From: an uncultured bacterium
GTDB lineage: Bacteria > Cyanobacteriota > Vampirovibrionia > Gastranaerophilales > Gastranaerophilaceae
Assembly: GCA_902796925.1 (NCBI GenBank)
Contig: CADBQW010000052.1
Span: 1 to 60,918 of the forward strand
Length of the DNA stretch: 60,918 bases
Direction: 5' to 3'
Shown here: piece after piece, positions 11,037-20,683 of the stretch
Numbering within the stretch: position 1 is the stretch's first letter
Layout: each line of letters opens with the position of its first letter
Made by a program: the position numbers and the translations under genes
The notes under the pieces: generated by a model
Database searches by the model: none
What the model saw: only the letters and a program-made list of their open reading frames with translations
Told to the model about the DNA's origin: nothing

Positions 11037-11037
11037 A

Positions 11038-11400
11038 CTATTCATTCATTGTCCAAACCCTTATACCGTGAAGATTTGCAACTGTATAGAGCCTTTTAAG
11101 ATATTTTTCGCAGTCTTTTTCATTGGAAATAATTAGCACAATACCCGGCTTTCGACCGGTTTTTAGTGCATAATATAATGATTGTCCAATGCTTTCCGCC
11201 CATTTGTTTGCGAAATCAAATTCTATTGCATAATCTTTAGTCAAGCAATCAACCCGTGCCCCGTCTGTTAATCTGTATTCCAAAATCCCGTTACAAGCTT
11301 CACACCACTTTTGCTGATAATACTTTTCCGGATTTAAATGCTTTGCAAAACAGATATTTTGCGAAAACAAAATTATGAATATCCAGAAAAAATACTTCAT
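11038..11400 (-). CDS. Hypothetical exported protein
   Basis: 120 aa with an N-terminal signal-like hydrophobic segment (MKYFFWIFIILFSQNICFA). I recognised no family. It is convergent with ffh and abuts it. Confidence 0.5.
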   Translation of the reverse strand: MKYFFWIFIILFSQNICFAKHLNPEKYYQQKWCEACNGILEYRLTDGARVDCLTKDYAIEFDFANKWAESIGQSLYYALKTGRKPGIVLIISNEKDCEKYLKRLYTVANLHGIRVWTMNE

Positions 11401-11454
11401 TTTTTTATTATAATATTTAAAAAACTTTATACTATTGGCTAGATGACTAAATTT

Positions 11455-12339
11455 TTATTGCATTTTTTCCGGAAAGATATTCCATTTAATTTTGTCGTTA
11501 CGTCTAAACCAGGTCATTTGTCTTTTTGCGTATCTGCGAGAATTTTGTTTTAATTTTTCAACAGCTTCATTTAGCGACATTTGGTTATCCAGATAACCAA
11601 TTATTTCACGATAACCAATTGTATCAACTATATTATGAATTCTACCCCACTTTTTTATAAGATCTTTTGTTTCATCGACAAGCCCCTGTTCCATCATAAT
11701 ATCAACCCGATGATTTATCCTGTCATAAAGGGTTTGACGGTCATAGTTCAAGCCAATCCATTCAACATCATATTCTTCTTCACCTTTTAATCTTACTTCA
11801 GAAAGCTTTTTGCCGGTGGTTTTTAGAATTTCAATAGTTCTTATCACGCGTTTTTTATCTTCTTGTAAAATATTATATTCCGGCGCACTGGAATCTAAAT
11901 CTAAAAGCATATTGTATAATGTAGAATTATCCAAAATATTTAGTTTATTTCTGAGTTCCCAATCCGGCTCAACCTCAGGAAGTTTGTAATTATCAAAAAG
12001 AACAGTAAAATACAACCCTGTACCTCCGGCAATAATGGGAACCTTGCCCCGAGAAACAATATCTGTGATACATTTTTTTGCCTCTTTTACATATAGTCCT
12101 ACCGAGTACTCAAAATCAGGATTAACTATATCTATCATATGGTGAGGAATTCCATCCATATCTGTTGATGTTGGTTTTGAGGTTCCAATATTTAATTCAC
12201 GATAAACATACCTGGAATCGGCAGAAATAACTTCTCCATCTAATTTTTTGGCTAAATCAATTGCATAAGATGTTTTACCGCTCGCAGTGGCGCCAACTAT
12301 TGCTATAACTTTAGTTTTCTTCAACGTACATTTTTTCAT
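11455..12339 (-). CDS. miaA: tRNA dimethylallyltransferase
   Basis: P-loop IVGATASGKTS, SADSRYVYRELNIGTSKP, GGTGLY and a C-terminal YAKRQMTWFR motif. Confidence 0.92.
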   Translation of the reverse strand: MKKCTLKKTKVIAIVGATASGKTSYAIDLAKKLDGEVISADSRYVYRELNIGTSKPTSTDMDGIPHHMIDIVNPDFEYSVGLYVKEAKKCITDIVSRGKVPIIAGGTGLYFTVLFDNYKLPEVEPDWELRNKLNILDNSTLYNMLLDLDSSAPEYNILQEDKKRVIRTIEILKTTGKKLSEVRLKGEEEYDVEWIGLNYDRQTLYDRINHRVDIMMEQGLVDETKDLIKKWGRIHNIVDTIGYREIIGYLDNQMSLNEAVEKLKQNSRRYAKRQMTWFRRNDKIKWNIFPEKMQ

Positions 12340-13141
12340 AGAATGTGAATACCAGTGTTATAGCATATATAAAGAAATAAAATTGTACCATCATAATTAT
12401 TATGTATGTAATTGGATTGTACATTGCAAAAGAGGCTAAAAATGCTATTAGCATATTTGTCAAGCCAAGAAAGAAAAATAAACACATAACTTCTAAAGGT
12501 TTCTTAAAGACTTTTTTTATTGATTTAAACAATGCAATTAAAGGATTCTTTGTCTGATATATTATCTCGGGAACCCACATCGATGTCAAAAACATGACTA
12601 TGGCATACCCAATCAAGAATAAAACCTCCCATAAAAATAATCTTACAACCTGACTTTCCGATAACGTTTCAATGAAAGCCCCTACGCTAATTGCAGAATT
12701 ACCAATGGTTTTTAACTGATTAGGGTCAATGTCCAGATAACCTATAGTGTTAATACCTATAATATACAATATATTTGCTAATATAAAAAATACGAATAAT
12801 ATCAAAAAAGAGAACCCTACAAAGGATAAAAAATATTTACCTATCCCTGTAGGAATTTGCTTAAATAAATTGAATACAGCCTTTGCTCTGTCATTATCCA
12901 TAACAAATTCTTTTTTAGAAAGTTTTATGGCTTTTTTTACCATATAAAACCATCCTGCCATAAAGGCCCCCAACATCAACAGAACCGTTATTATTGCCAA
13001 CAATCTGCCGGGAAATGATGTTGCAGCGTACTGCGCATATGAAATATATACAACGGTTACCCACATAAAAAAAATCAAAGGAATTCCCAGGATTATATTG
13101 TCATTTGAAATTCTAAATGCATTCTTTATTAGTTCTAACAT
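12311..13141 (-). CDS. Polytopic integral membrane protein, unknown function
   Basis: 276 aa with at least six long hydrophobic segments. It overlaps the miaA start by 29 nt. Confidence 0.6.
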   Translation of the reverse strand: MLELIKNAFRISNDNIILGIPLIFFMWVTVVYISYAQYAATSFPGRLLAIITVLLMLGAFMAGWFYMVKKAIKLSKKEFVMDNDRAKAVFNLFKQIPTGIGKYFLSFVGFSFLILFVFFILANILYIIGINTIGYLDIDPNQLKTIGNSAISVGAFIETLSESQVVRLFLWEVLFLIGYAIVMFLTSMWVPEIIYQTKNPLIALFKSIKKVFKKPLEVMCLFFFLGLTNMLIAFLASFAMYNPITYIIIMMVQFYFFIYAITLVFTFYEKMYVEEN

Positions 13142-13175
13142 AATTTTATTCTAAACCTCATTTTTTTATTTTTCA

Positions 13176-14330
13176 TTAAACTTTTTCACTATCTATTTCA
13201 TTTGAATTTTGTTTAGAAAGCAATTTTCTTTTTCTTCGCCTCATCAAATCAACAAATGCTTCTAACCTAGTTATATAACCGGCTTTACCTGTTTGCTCAT
13301 CCATAATTAGAGGCAAAATCGGAATACTAAGATTTTCTCTCATGTTAGGGAAAATATTCTGTGACATAATTTCCGGCATGCAAGTAAATGGACTTATATG
13401 TATAATCCCGTCGATTCCCCGTTCTTGTGCATAAGCCACGTCAGAGACACATTCCAGAGCATCACCGCCTATATCTCTCATCAAAAATGGTTTTGCAAGT
13501 CTGTTTGCCCTTTGAAGATGTGTCTCTCCTTTTCTGAAAATTTTAGGAATTATTGCATCTTTCAAAAAGCTGCTTACTGTAAGCGTTTTTCTCACTTGGA
13601 CCCCCATTTTGCCAAGCTCTTTTGTTATACTTTGGTTTGAAAATTCATCACATACAATATAAATTTCCCCTGTTATATCTACGTATAAGATTTCCCTGTT
13701 TTCATCTATAGGAATTGCTTTCATCTCTTGGAATGCCATTTTTCTGGCTTTTTTTAAATCTTTTTGACTCCTGACATCTTTTATGTATTTAAGGGCTTTT
13801 TTATAATGTTTTTCGGATTCACCCGGATTTATTTCACGAGCTTGGTAATAGAAAAGGAGTTTTTCCAAATCATCAAGTAAAAATATCATCTTAATCATCC
13901 CGATAATTGCTCTTGCGAACATTATAGGATGGTTGCCGCCGGTTAATTCTTTTAAAAAACGAAAAAGACCTTTTATTCCGTCATACAACTGTAATTCAAT
14001 ATAATTTGCTTCATAACCTAAATCGGTCAGGGCGTTTTTTATGCATTTACCATATTCACCTAGTCTGCAAATACCAGGAGAAGAAATCATTCCTACAAAA
14101 TCGGCGCCTCCTTCAATTGCCTCTATAAAGTTTCCAAGTATCAATTTATATGGCAGGCAGATTGCCTCCGGAGAATGCTTTGTTCCCAAGGACAAAGTTT
14201 TTTTACTGGTGTATGGAGGAACATACGGTTCTATATTGCATTTTCTAAGCGCATATGCCCACGCATAAGATATTGTCCCCATATGTGGAAACGCTACTTT
14301 GATATTCTTTTTATTTTCTTTGTTTGACAT
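13176..14330 (-). CDS. Acyl-CoA dehydratase activase-related protein (DUF2229-like)
   Basis: The N-terminal pattern VAFPHMGTISYAWAYALRKCNIEPYVPP...SPEAICLPYKLILGNFIEAIEGGAD and the later block SPFTCMPE resemble the uncharacterised domain associated with BcrAD/HgdC-type activases. This is recalled from memory and was not searched. Confidence 0.45.
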   Translation of the reverse strand: MSNKENKKNIKVAFPHMGTISYAWAYALRKCNIEPYVPPYTSKKTLSLGTKHSPEAICLPYKLILGNFIEAIEGGADFVGMISSPGICRLGEYGKCIKNALTDLGYEANYIELQLYDGIKGLFRFLKELTGGNHPIMFARAIIGMIKMIFLLDDLEKLLFYYQAREINPGESEKHYKKALKYIKDVRSQKDLKKARKMAFQEMKAIPIDENREILYVDITGEIYIVCDEFSNQSITKELGKMGVQVRKTLTVSSFLKDAIIPKIFRKGETHLQRANRLAKPFLMRDIGGDALECVSDVAYAQERGIDGIIHISPFTCMPEIMSQNIFPNMRENLSIPILPLIMDEQTGKAGYITRLEAFVDLMRRRKRKLLSKQNSNEIDSEKV

Positions 14331-14333
14331 TCT

Positions 14334-15755
14334 TTATTCCTTAAAATTTAAATCCGGATAACGTGCGGCTTTGACTTCATCAACCTTTTTCACCGGGGTA
14401 GAGTGCGGGGCACTCTTAACTATTTCAGAATTATTTTTTGATTCTTCCGATATTTTAATCATCACATTTATAAAATCATCTAATCTTTCTCTCGATTCCG
14501 TTTCCGTAGGTTCAATCATCATTGCCTCGTGAACAATTAATGGAAAATAAACTGTTGGCGGATGATATTTAAAATCCATCAACCTTTTAGCTATATTCAA
14601 CGTGGAAACCCCATATTCTTTGTGGTGTCTTTCGCCGGATAAAACAAATTCATGCATACATTGTTCGTCGTAAGGCAGTTCGTAATAATCTCTTAATTTC
14701 TCTTTCATATAATTTGCATTTAAAACTGCGTCAGCACTGACACGTTTTAAATCTCTACCCATCATCAAAATATACGCATATGCCCTGACAAAAATTCCAA
14801 AACTTCCTGCATATGCTCTGACTTTACCAATTGTATGTTTAAGATTATAATTTCTGTAATATTTTTCACCGTCAAAATCAATAATAGGTACCGGTAAATA
14901 TTCAAATAATTCCTCTCTCACACAAACAGGACCGGCCCCAGGGCCTCCACCTGCATGAGGAGTTGAAAATGTTTTGTGAAGATTTACATGCACGACATCA
15001 AATCCCATCAAATAAGGATTTGTCCAACCCATAATCGCGTTTAAATTAGCACCGTCATAATATAATAATGAACCGTTTTCATGCATCAATTTCGAGATTT
15101 CAAGTACATTTTCTTCAAAAAGTCCTAATGTATTAGGATTTGTCATCATAATTGCAGCAACATCAGGTGTCAACACCTCTTTTAAAGAATCAATATCAAC
15201 CTGACCCTTATCATTTGATTTAACGGAAACGACCTCAAAACCGCACATATTTGCACTTGCCGGATTGGTTCCATGTGCAGAGTCAGGAATTATTACTTTT
15301 TTTCTGTTATCACCTTTTACTTCAAAATATTTTTTTATAACCATCATTCCGGTTAATTCACCGTGAGCTCCGGCGGCCGGCTGTAAAGATACTGATTGCA
15401 TACCCGTTATTTTCTTTAAAGCCTCTTGGAGTTTAAACATCAACTCCAAACACCCTTGTGCATCTTCATCTGCTGTTGACGGGTGAAGATTAAAACCGTC
15501 AAGGCCGGCCAAAAGTTCATTAACCTTTGGGTTGTATTTCATTGTGCATGAACCTAGCGGGTAAAATCCCTTCTCAATACAAAAATTTTTATCTGACAAC
15601 TCTTTATAATGCCTCAAAAGTTCCACTTCTGAGATCTCAGGTAAACCTACAGGATCTTTACGCAAAAACCTTTTATCAATAAAATCAAGGTTGATTTCTT
15701 CATCGGTAAAAGTTATCCCTTCTATGTCTTGACTTTTTTCAAATATATTTTTCAT
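14334..15755 (-). CDS. gcvPB: Glycine dehydrogenase (decarboxylating) subunit 2
   Basis: 473 aa with GSCTMKYNP, the PLP-lysine context NLHKTFSTPHGGGGPG (seen here as NLHKTFSTPHAGGGPGAGP), and MIEPTE. Confidence 0.9.
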   Translation of the reverse strand: MKNIFEKSQDIEGITFTDEEINLDFIDKRFLRKDPVGLPEISEVELLRHYKELSDKNFCIEKGFYPLGSCTMKYNPKVNELLAGLDGFNLHPSTADEDAQGCLELMFKLQEALKKITGMQSVSLQPAAGAHGELTGMMVIKKYFEVKGDNRKKVIIPDSAHGTNPASANMCGFEVVSVKSNDKGQVDIDSLKEVLTPDVAAIMMTNPNTLGLFEENVLEISKLMHENGSLLYYDGANLNAIMGWTNPYLMGFDVVHVNLHKTFSTPHAGGGPGAGPVCVREELFEYLPVPIIDFDGEKYYRNYNLKHTIGKVRAYAGSFGIFVRAYAYILMMGRDLKRVSADAVLNANYMKEKLRDYYELPYDEQCMHEFVLSGERHHKEYGVSTLNIAKRLMDFKYHPPTVYFPLIVHEAMMIEPTETESRERLDDFINVMIKISEESKNNSEIVKSAPHSTPVKKVDEVKAARYPDLNFKE

Positions 15756-15759
15756 AAAG

Positions 15760-16368
15760 TTAAATAATCCCCTGTCTTCTAAGATCTTTTTTAACTTTGT
15801 CCAGACCTGCCTGAATTATCCTGGAAATTCTGGATTGAGAAATATTGCATTCTTCTGCAAGTTCTCTCAACTTTTTATCTTTAAAAAACTTTTCTTCAAT
15901 TAATTCACGTTCTCTCTGCGGCAGTTTTTTTATTGATTGTAAAATTTCACTTTTAAGTTCGGAAAACTCTATATTTTCCTCCGGAGTTTTGTCCTCAGAT
16001 TTTATTTGAGTTGGAACTTCTGCTTCCTGCATATCTTCTATAGAAAGAATTGTTTTGTATACCTCACATCTCAGATCTGTTTCATTTTGAAATGATTCAG
16101 CCTGACGTCTCTGTTTAAGTGTATACCACTTATAGCGACGGCGAACTTCGTTTCTTATTGCCCATTTTATAGCTGTTGACAAGTATGTGCTGTTAAATTT
16201 ATCCGGAGAATTATTTTTAAATAATATATAAAGTGCATGATTACCTATATTAATCAACTCCGGCAATTCAATCAGATGTGATGTCGAAAATTTTTGGTAT
16301 TCAACTTTGGCAATCGTTTCGATTAAATTTTTGTATTCTCTAAGATTAATCTTTTGACTTTGTGTCAT
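15760..16368 (-). CDS. Sigma-70 family sigma factor, small FliA/SigF-like type
   Basis: Region 2 (ELINIGNHALYILFKNN..FNSTYLSTAIKWAIRNEVRR) and a region 4 HTH (LPQRERELIEEKFFKDKKLRELAEECNISQSRISRIIQAGLDKVKKDL). It lies ~1.2 kb from the flagellar operon. Confidence 0.7.
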   Translation of the reverse strand: MTQSQKINLREYKNLIETIAKVEYQKFSTSHLIELPELINIGNHALYILFKNNSPDKFNSTYLSTAIKWAIRNEVRRRYKWYTLKQRRQAESFQNETDLRCEVYKTILSIEDMQEAEVPTQIKSEDKTPEENIEFSELKSEILQSIKKLPQRERELIEEKFFKDKKLRELAEECNISQSRISRIIQAGLDKVKKDLRRQGII

Positions 16369-16500
16369 TACTATAACATTTCCTAATCACATGTAAAATC
16401 TTACACTTTCATAGTATCAGAAAAATGAACAGATGACCAGATAATGTAATTTTGCTTAACATAATTTATCCTTTTAGAAGATATTTTTAAGGAGAGTGAA

Positions 16501-17373
16501 ATGAGAATACTATTTTGTACAGATGGTTCGTCAATAAGTTATAATGCGTTAGAAAATTTTGCACTATGGGTTTCTTCAAGAGAAGTGATTGTTGATGTTA
16601 TTAGTGCAATTGATTTGAGCATACTCCCGGGAGAATTCAATGTTGAGGAGGAGAATTTTATGGAATCTTGTGCAAATGCGGCATCGGGAATCTTGAATAA
16701 TGCCGCGGAAGATATCCAAAATTTAGGCATGATTTGTGGTGACAAAATAAAAATTTGCGGCTCTGCCGTAGATTCTATATTGGAGCAAATTGATAAAAAT
16801 CATTATGACGTTATACTTATGGGGTCTCACGGAAGAAAAGGTATTCAGAAATGGCTCGGTTCGGTATCTCAGGATGTTATTTCAGAAAGTAACCGAAGCA
16901 CATATATTTCAAAATATAAAAATAAGGGTAAGCGGGTTCTTTTTCCTCTTGACGGATCTCAACAGGCTTTTGATGGGGCAGAACTTATCATGAAATATTG
17001 CAACCTTTCGGATAAAGAAATATCTGCTTGTATAGTAAATGAACCCCCTGATATTTTACTATTTCAAGGTAATATGGATAAAAATTGGCAAGAAGAAATT
17101 GAGCGTAATCAACAAGTTTATGCCGCAAGTGTCTTAAATCGGTTTGCCTCTTTGCTCGAAAAGTATGGTTTAAACTTGGGAGAAAGTACCGTTTTGAAAG
17201 GTAATGTATCACAAAAAATCATCGATTATATTGCAAAAAATAAAATTGACCTTGTTTGTATGACAAATAGAAATTTGACCAAGGTTCAAAAATTTATTTT
17301 AGGTTCAACATCAAAACGAGTTCTTTCAAACACCCAGGCGGATGTGCTGATTGTTAAAATGAAATACCAATAA
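16501..17373 (+). CDS. Tandem universal stress protein (UspA family)
   Basis: Two Usp domains, each ending in a G-x2-G-x9-G(S/T)-like motif (MGSHGRKGIQKWLGSVSQDV and NLTKVQKFILGSTSKRVLSNTQADVLIV). Confidence 0.8.
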   Translation: MRILFCTDGSSISYNALENFALWVSSREVIVDVISAIDLSILPGEFNVEEENFMESCANAASGILNNAAEDIQNLGMICGDKIKICGSAVDSILEQIDKNHYDVILMGSHGRKGIQKWLGSVSQDVISESNRSTYISKYKNKGKRVLFPLDGSQQAFDGAELIMKYCNLSDKEISACIVNEPPDILLFQGNMDKNWQEEIERNQQVYAASVLNRFASLLEKYGLNLGESTVLKGNVSQKIIDYIAKNKIDLVCMTNRNLTKVQKFILGSTSKRVLSNTQADVLIVKMKYQ

Positions 17374-17437
17374 CTAATTAAGGGTATTTTCCAATAGTAA
17401 ATGTAACAAAACAATGACTTTTTTGAAATAATCATTA

Positions 17438-17497
17438 AAAATCATATAGATAAAAGGATTGAAATTTTAAATTTCACTCATTTATCTGTATGATTTT
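17438..17497. repeat. 17-bp inverted repeat (hairpin) between usp and fliE
   Basis: AAAATCATATAGATAAA (17438-17454) pairs with TTTATCTGTATGATTTT (17481-17497), with one G-U position and a 26-nt loop. Confidence 0.6.
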
Positions 17498-17568
17498 GAA
17501 CTTAACAATATATACTAAATGTTCAAAATGAGGTAGAATCAGAATTAAGAAAGGTAGGCTTCAGGAAG

Positions 17569-17916
17569 ATGTCATTCAAGACGAATATGTATCCGCACTA
17601 TGATTTAGCCGGAAGCATACAAAAAACCAGGCTTGATACGGGAATCGGTTCCCTGTCTCAAATGAGACTTGGTGCAATTAATGAAGGTTCAAATGTAAGT
17701 TTTTCGGAAGTTATGTCGGGACTTGTTGACAATTTAAATACCCAATTGAACGAGCCGGATAATTTACTAAAAGACTTGATGTCAGGAAACAAAAATGTTG
17801 ATATACACGATATTGCAACTGCTATGGCAAAATCCGAAATCAGCATTAATGTTGCAACGCAGGTAACAGGAAAAGTTATTCAAGCGTACGACAGAATTAT
17901 GCAAATAAACGTATAA
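17569..17916 (+). CDS. fliE: Flagellar hook-basal body complex protein FliE
   Basis: 115 aa. FSEVMSGLVDNLN...DIHDIATAMAKSEISINVATQVTGKVIQAYDRIMQI is the conserved FliE C-terminal pattern. Confidence 0.85.
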   Translation: MSFKTNMYPHYDLAGSIQKTRLDTGIGSLSQMRLGAINEGSNVSFSEVMSGLVDNLNTQLNEPDNLLKDLMSGNKNVDIHDIATAMAKSEISINVATQVTGKVIQAYDRIMQINV

Positions 17917-17958
17917 TAAACCTTTCTAAAAAACTAATAAGACTTGAGGAAAAAAGAC

Positions 17959-19638
17959 ATGGATTTTCAAAAACTACTGGAGAATAAACCTTTACTATAT
18001 GCCATCATAGGTGGTGCAATAGGTCTCGTATTGTTAATGACAATACTTGGAGCAACATTAAGTAAGGGTAAATCCTCGGATGGTATGAAAAATGTCAGTG
18101 AACAACCTATTCAACTTGATATAGATTTGTTAACTACTGATAACTTAGGAAAAGCTCTCGAAATACAAGCTCTTTTGGCAAAAAAAGGTATTGCCGTAAG
18201 CCGTAAAGTAGACGGTACAAAATCAGTTCTTTATCTAAAGAAGGGTGATTGTACAACAGGCCTGAAAAAATGCACTACTGAACAACGTGACTTGGCGGTC
18301 ATTGCCATTGTTGAAAGCGGACTTTTTGATGAAAATGTAGGGTTGGAAGTTTTCGACAAGGGAGATTTTACTTCTACAAAAGAAGATAAAAAAATTCGTC
18401 TTACCCGTGCTGTGAATGGGGAGCTTTCAAGACTTATCAGAAAAATAAGTAATGTCGATACTGCATCGGTATTTATATCAATTCCTGAACAATCAATGTT
18501 TTCTTCAATGCAAAAAGCTGTCACTGCAACAGTTCAGATTGCAACTAAAGACGGAGAAAGACTTGATCAAAACAAGGTTAAGGCGATCACAAATCTTCTT
18601 TTAGGCAGTGTTAGCGGGCTTTCTGCAGAGAACATTTCCATTACAGATACTAACGGAAATGTCTATCACAGTATAATGAACGCAAGTGATGAGATGATAG
18701 CTCGATTAGAAGAAAATGATAGATATATGCAAAAAAAAGTTGCAATGCAATTAGACAGCCTTGTAGGAAAGGGAAATTACGTTGCAACTGTAAGTACGTT
18801 TGTAAGACAGGCACCTGTTGAAAGATATACAATAGAGTATAATCCTGATAAAAAAGCTGAAGTTAGTGAACAATCCTTTAGAGAAGGTTTGGGCGATCAA
18901 ACATCAGATTCAAGCAGAGGTAGCGGGGCAGTGAGTGTTTACCTTCCTAACGGATTGAATGCTGCGAATTCTAATTCATCCTCAAATCAAAACAGAAACT
19001 ACTCAAGAACCGCAAGTGAAATACAATATGGCGTATCTAAAACTCAAACTAATGAATATATATCTGCAGGTGTCGTAGAAGATATTTCTATTGCAGTAAC
19101 ATTGGATAGAAACGCCCTACCGACAAACGTTACTTTAACTGAATTGAAAGAATTAATCGCAAAAGCTGCAAATCCAAAAGTTTCTGCAGACAGCGTATCA
19201 ATTGCATTCAAAGATACAACTGAACCAAACCTTATGGATGATAAACCGTCTAACTTACCAAAACCTGATGAAACCGGAAATCCTTGGTGGTTAACGATTG
19301 CACTTTCGGGCGTTGGTATCCTTCTGTTATTAAAAATTGTATCTGACAAGGTTCGTCGTTCAACTGCAATCAATAGGCAAGAAATTGAGTTAATCAGACA
19401 GCAAAATGAAGAACAAAATATGCAATTGGATAGTATTCATCAGCAAACCGCTGAACTTGCTAACCGACAATCAGAATTGGCACAAGGTTTGATTGATCAG
19501 CAAAATAGAACTGTAGCTATTCCGCAGCAACAAAACCCGGAAATACTCGTAAACGCTCTTAATAATCTTTCAAACGAACTTTCTAATAACGACGAAGACA
19601 ATTCTGATAAAATAAAAAGTTGGATTGAAGAAGTATAA
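17959..19638 (+). CDS. fliF: Flagellar M-ring protein FliF
   Basis: N-terminal TM segment, a YscJ/FliF-type periplasmic ring domain, a second TM (WWLTIALSGVGILLLL) and a C-terminal cytoplasmic tail. It follows fliE. The ATG at 17959 follows a GAGG Shine-Dalgarno sequence; the track start at 17944 is a TTG. Confidence 0.85.
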   Translation: MDFQKLLENKPLLYAIIGGAIGLVLLMTILGATLSKGKSSDGMKNVSEQPIQLDIDLLTTDNLGKALEIQALLAKKGIAVSRKVDGTKSVLYLKKGDCTTGLKKCTTEQRDLAVIAIVESGLFDENVGLEVFDKGDFTSTKEDKKIRLTRAVNGELSRLIRKISNVDTASVFISIPEQSMFSSMQKAVTATVQIATKDGERLDQNKVKAITNLLLGSVSGLSAENISITDTNGNVYHSIMNASDEMIARLEENDRYMQKKVAMQLDSLVGKGNYVATVSTFVRQAPVERYTIEYNPDKKAEVSEQSFREGLGDQTSDSSRGSGAVSVYLPNGLNAANSNSSSNQNRNYSRTASEIQYGVSKTQTNEYISAGVVEDISIAVTLDRNALPTNVTLTELKELIAKAANPKVSADSVSIAFKDTTEPNLMDDKPSNLPKPDETGNPWWLTIALSGVGILLLLKIVSDKVRRSTAINRQEIELIRQQNEEQNMQLDSIHQQTAELANRQSELAQGLIDQQNRTVAIPQQQNPEILVNALNNLSNELSNNDEDNSDKIKSWIEEV

Positions 19639-19655
19639 GAGGGAAATAAAGAAAA

Positions 19656-20672
19656 ATGACGGCACCAGGATTTGATTATCAAGCATTTGTTCAAAATCTT
19701 ACTCAGCAGGCGCAAGAAATTGTACCTAACGATTTTGATAACAACCAAAAACAATATGTTGTGAATACACTGTTTAACTTTTCGACTGTTGCCGGCCAAG
19801 CTCTTGCGGAGGACCCATCTCTTAATTTTTCAGCCGAACAGGCACAGATGATTACTCAAATTATTGCGGAATGGTCATTCCACAAGTCCGTAGATCTTAT
19901 TCGTTCAGGAATTCCTCAACAGTATTGGGATCCGGTTATGCAAAAGATTGCCTATGTTATTTTTGAGATGGCCAAACAAACCTTTTCGCAAAATCTTCCC
20001 CAGGACCAGATTCTTGATATTATTCAGCACCACGTTGATAAAACTTATAAAGAATGTATTGAAGAATTAAAACAAAAAAATCTTATTACAAGTGAACTTG
20101 CAGATGTTGCTGAACATCAATCTAATATTGATCAGATGATGGAAGCCGCAGCCGAGGAAGAACCTAAAGAGAACGCTTCTCAAGATGATTTTTCACAAAG
20201 TGAAATCCCGGCTAAACCTAATATAAATCCGTCAATACCGCAATCCCAACCCTTGGGATCTGATGGTAAAGTATTTAAGTTGGCAACTCTTGCACTTTTG
20301 TTTAAAAGGATGAAACAAGATAAGGTACAATCAATACTGGATAAATTCAATCCTGACGATGCTAATTCTGTAATAAAATTTATGAAAATGCCGGATTTGG
20401 AAAACAAAGTTGATACAAACGTTACACTAAGGTGCCTTCAAGAGATAAAAACAAATCTGCCAAAGCAAAATACTGATACAACTCCTGCAAAACTTATAAA
20501 TCGAATTCAAGGAATTGCGAATAGGACAACTCGTTTGCACTTGGAAGAAATTCTTGAAAATGAACGCCCTAAGGTTAAAAGGTTTATTTTTAACGCTATA
20601 GAAGGTGATTTCTATCCGATTTCACCAAAAATTGCAAACATTATTGCCCATCATGTGGAACTTAGTGTATAA
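19656..20672 (+). CDS. FliG-position protein: novel ~200-aa N-terminal region plus a FliG_N-like domain, with no recognisable torque (C-terminal) domain
   Basis: Residues ~205-305 (KVFKLATLALLFKRMKQDKVQSILDKFNPDDANSVIKFMKM...LEEILENERPKV) align by eye to the FliG N-domain through the EHPQ motif. Residues 1-200 and the protein end have no FliG middle or C-terminal features. Confidence 0.45.
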   Translation: MTAPGFDYQAFVQNLTQQAQEIVPNDFDNNQKQYVVNTLFNFSTVAGQALAEDPSLNFSAEQAQMITQIIAEWSFHKSVDLIRSGIPQQYWDPVMQKIAYVIFEMAKQTFSQNLPQDQILDIIQHHVDKTYKECIEELKQKNLITSELADVAEHQSNIDQMMEAAAEEEPKENASQDDFSQSEIPAKPNINPSIPQSQPLGSDGKVFKLATLALLFKRMKQDKVQSILDKFNPDDANSVIKFMKMPDLENKVDTNVTLRCLQEIKTNLPKQNTDTTPAKLINRIQGIANRTTRLHLEEILENERPKVKRFIFNAIEGDFYPISPKIANIIAHHVELSV

Positions 20673-20683
20673 TATAATTAATC

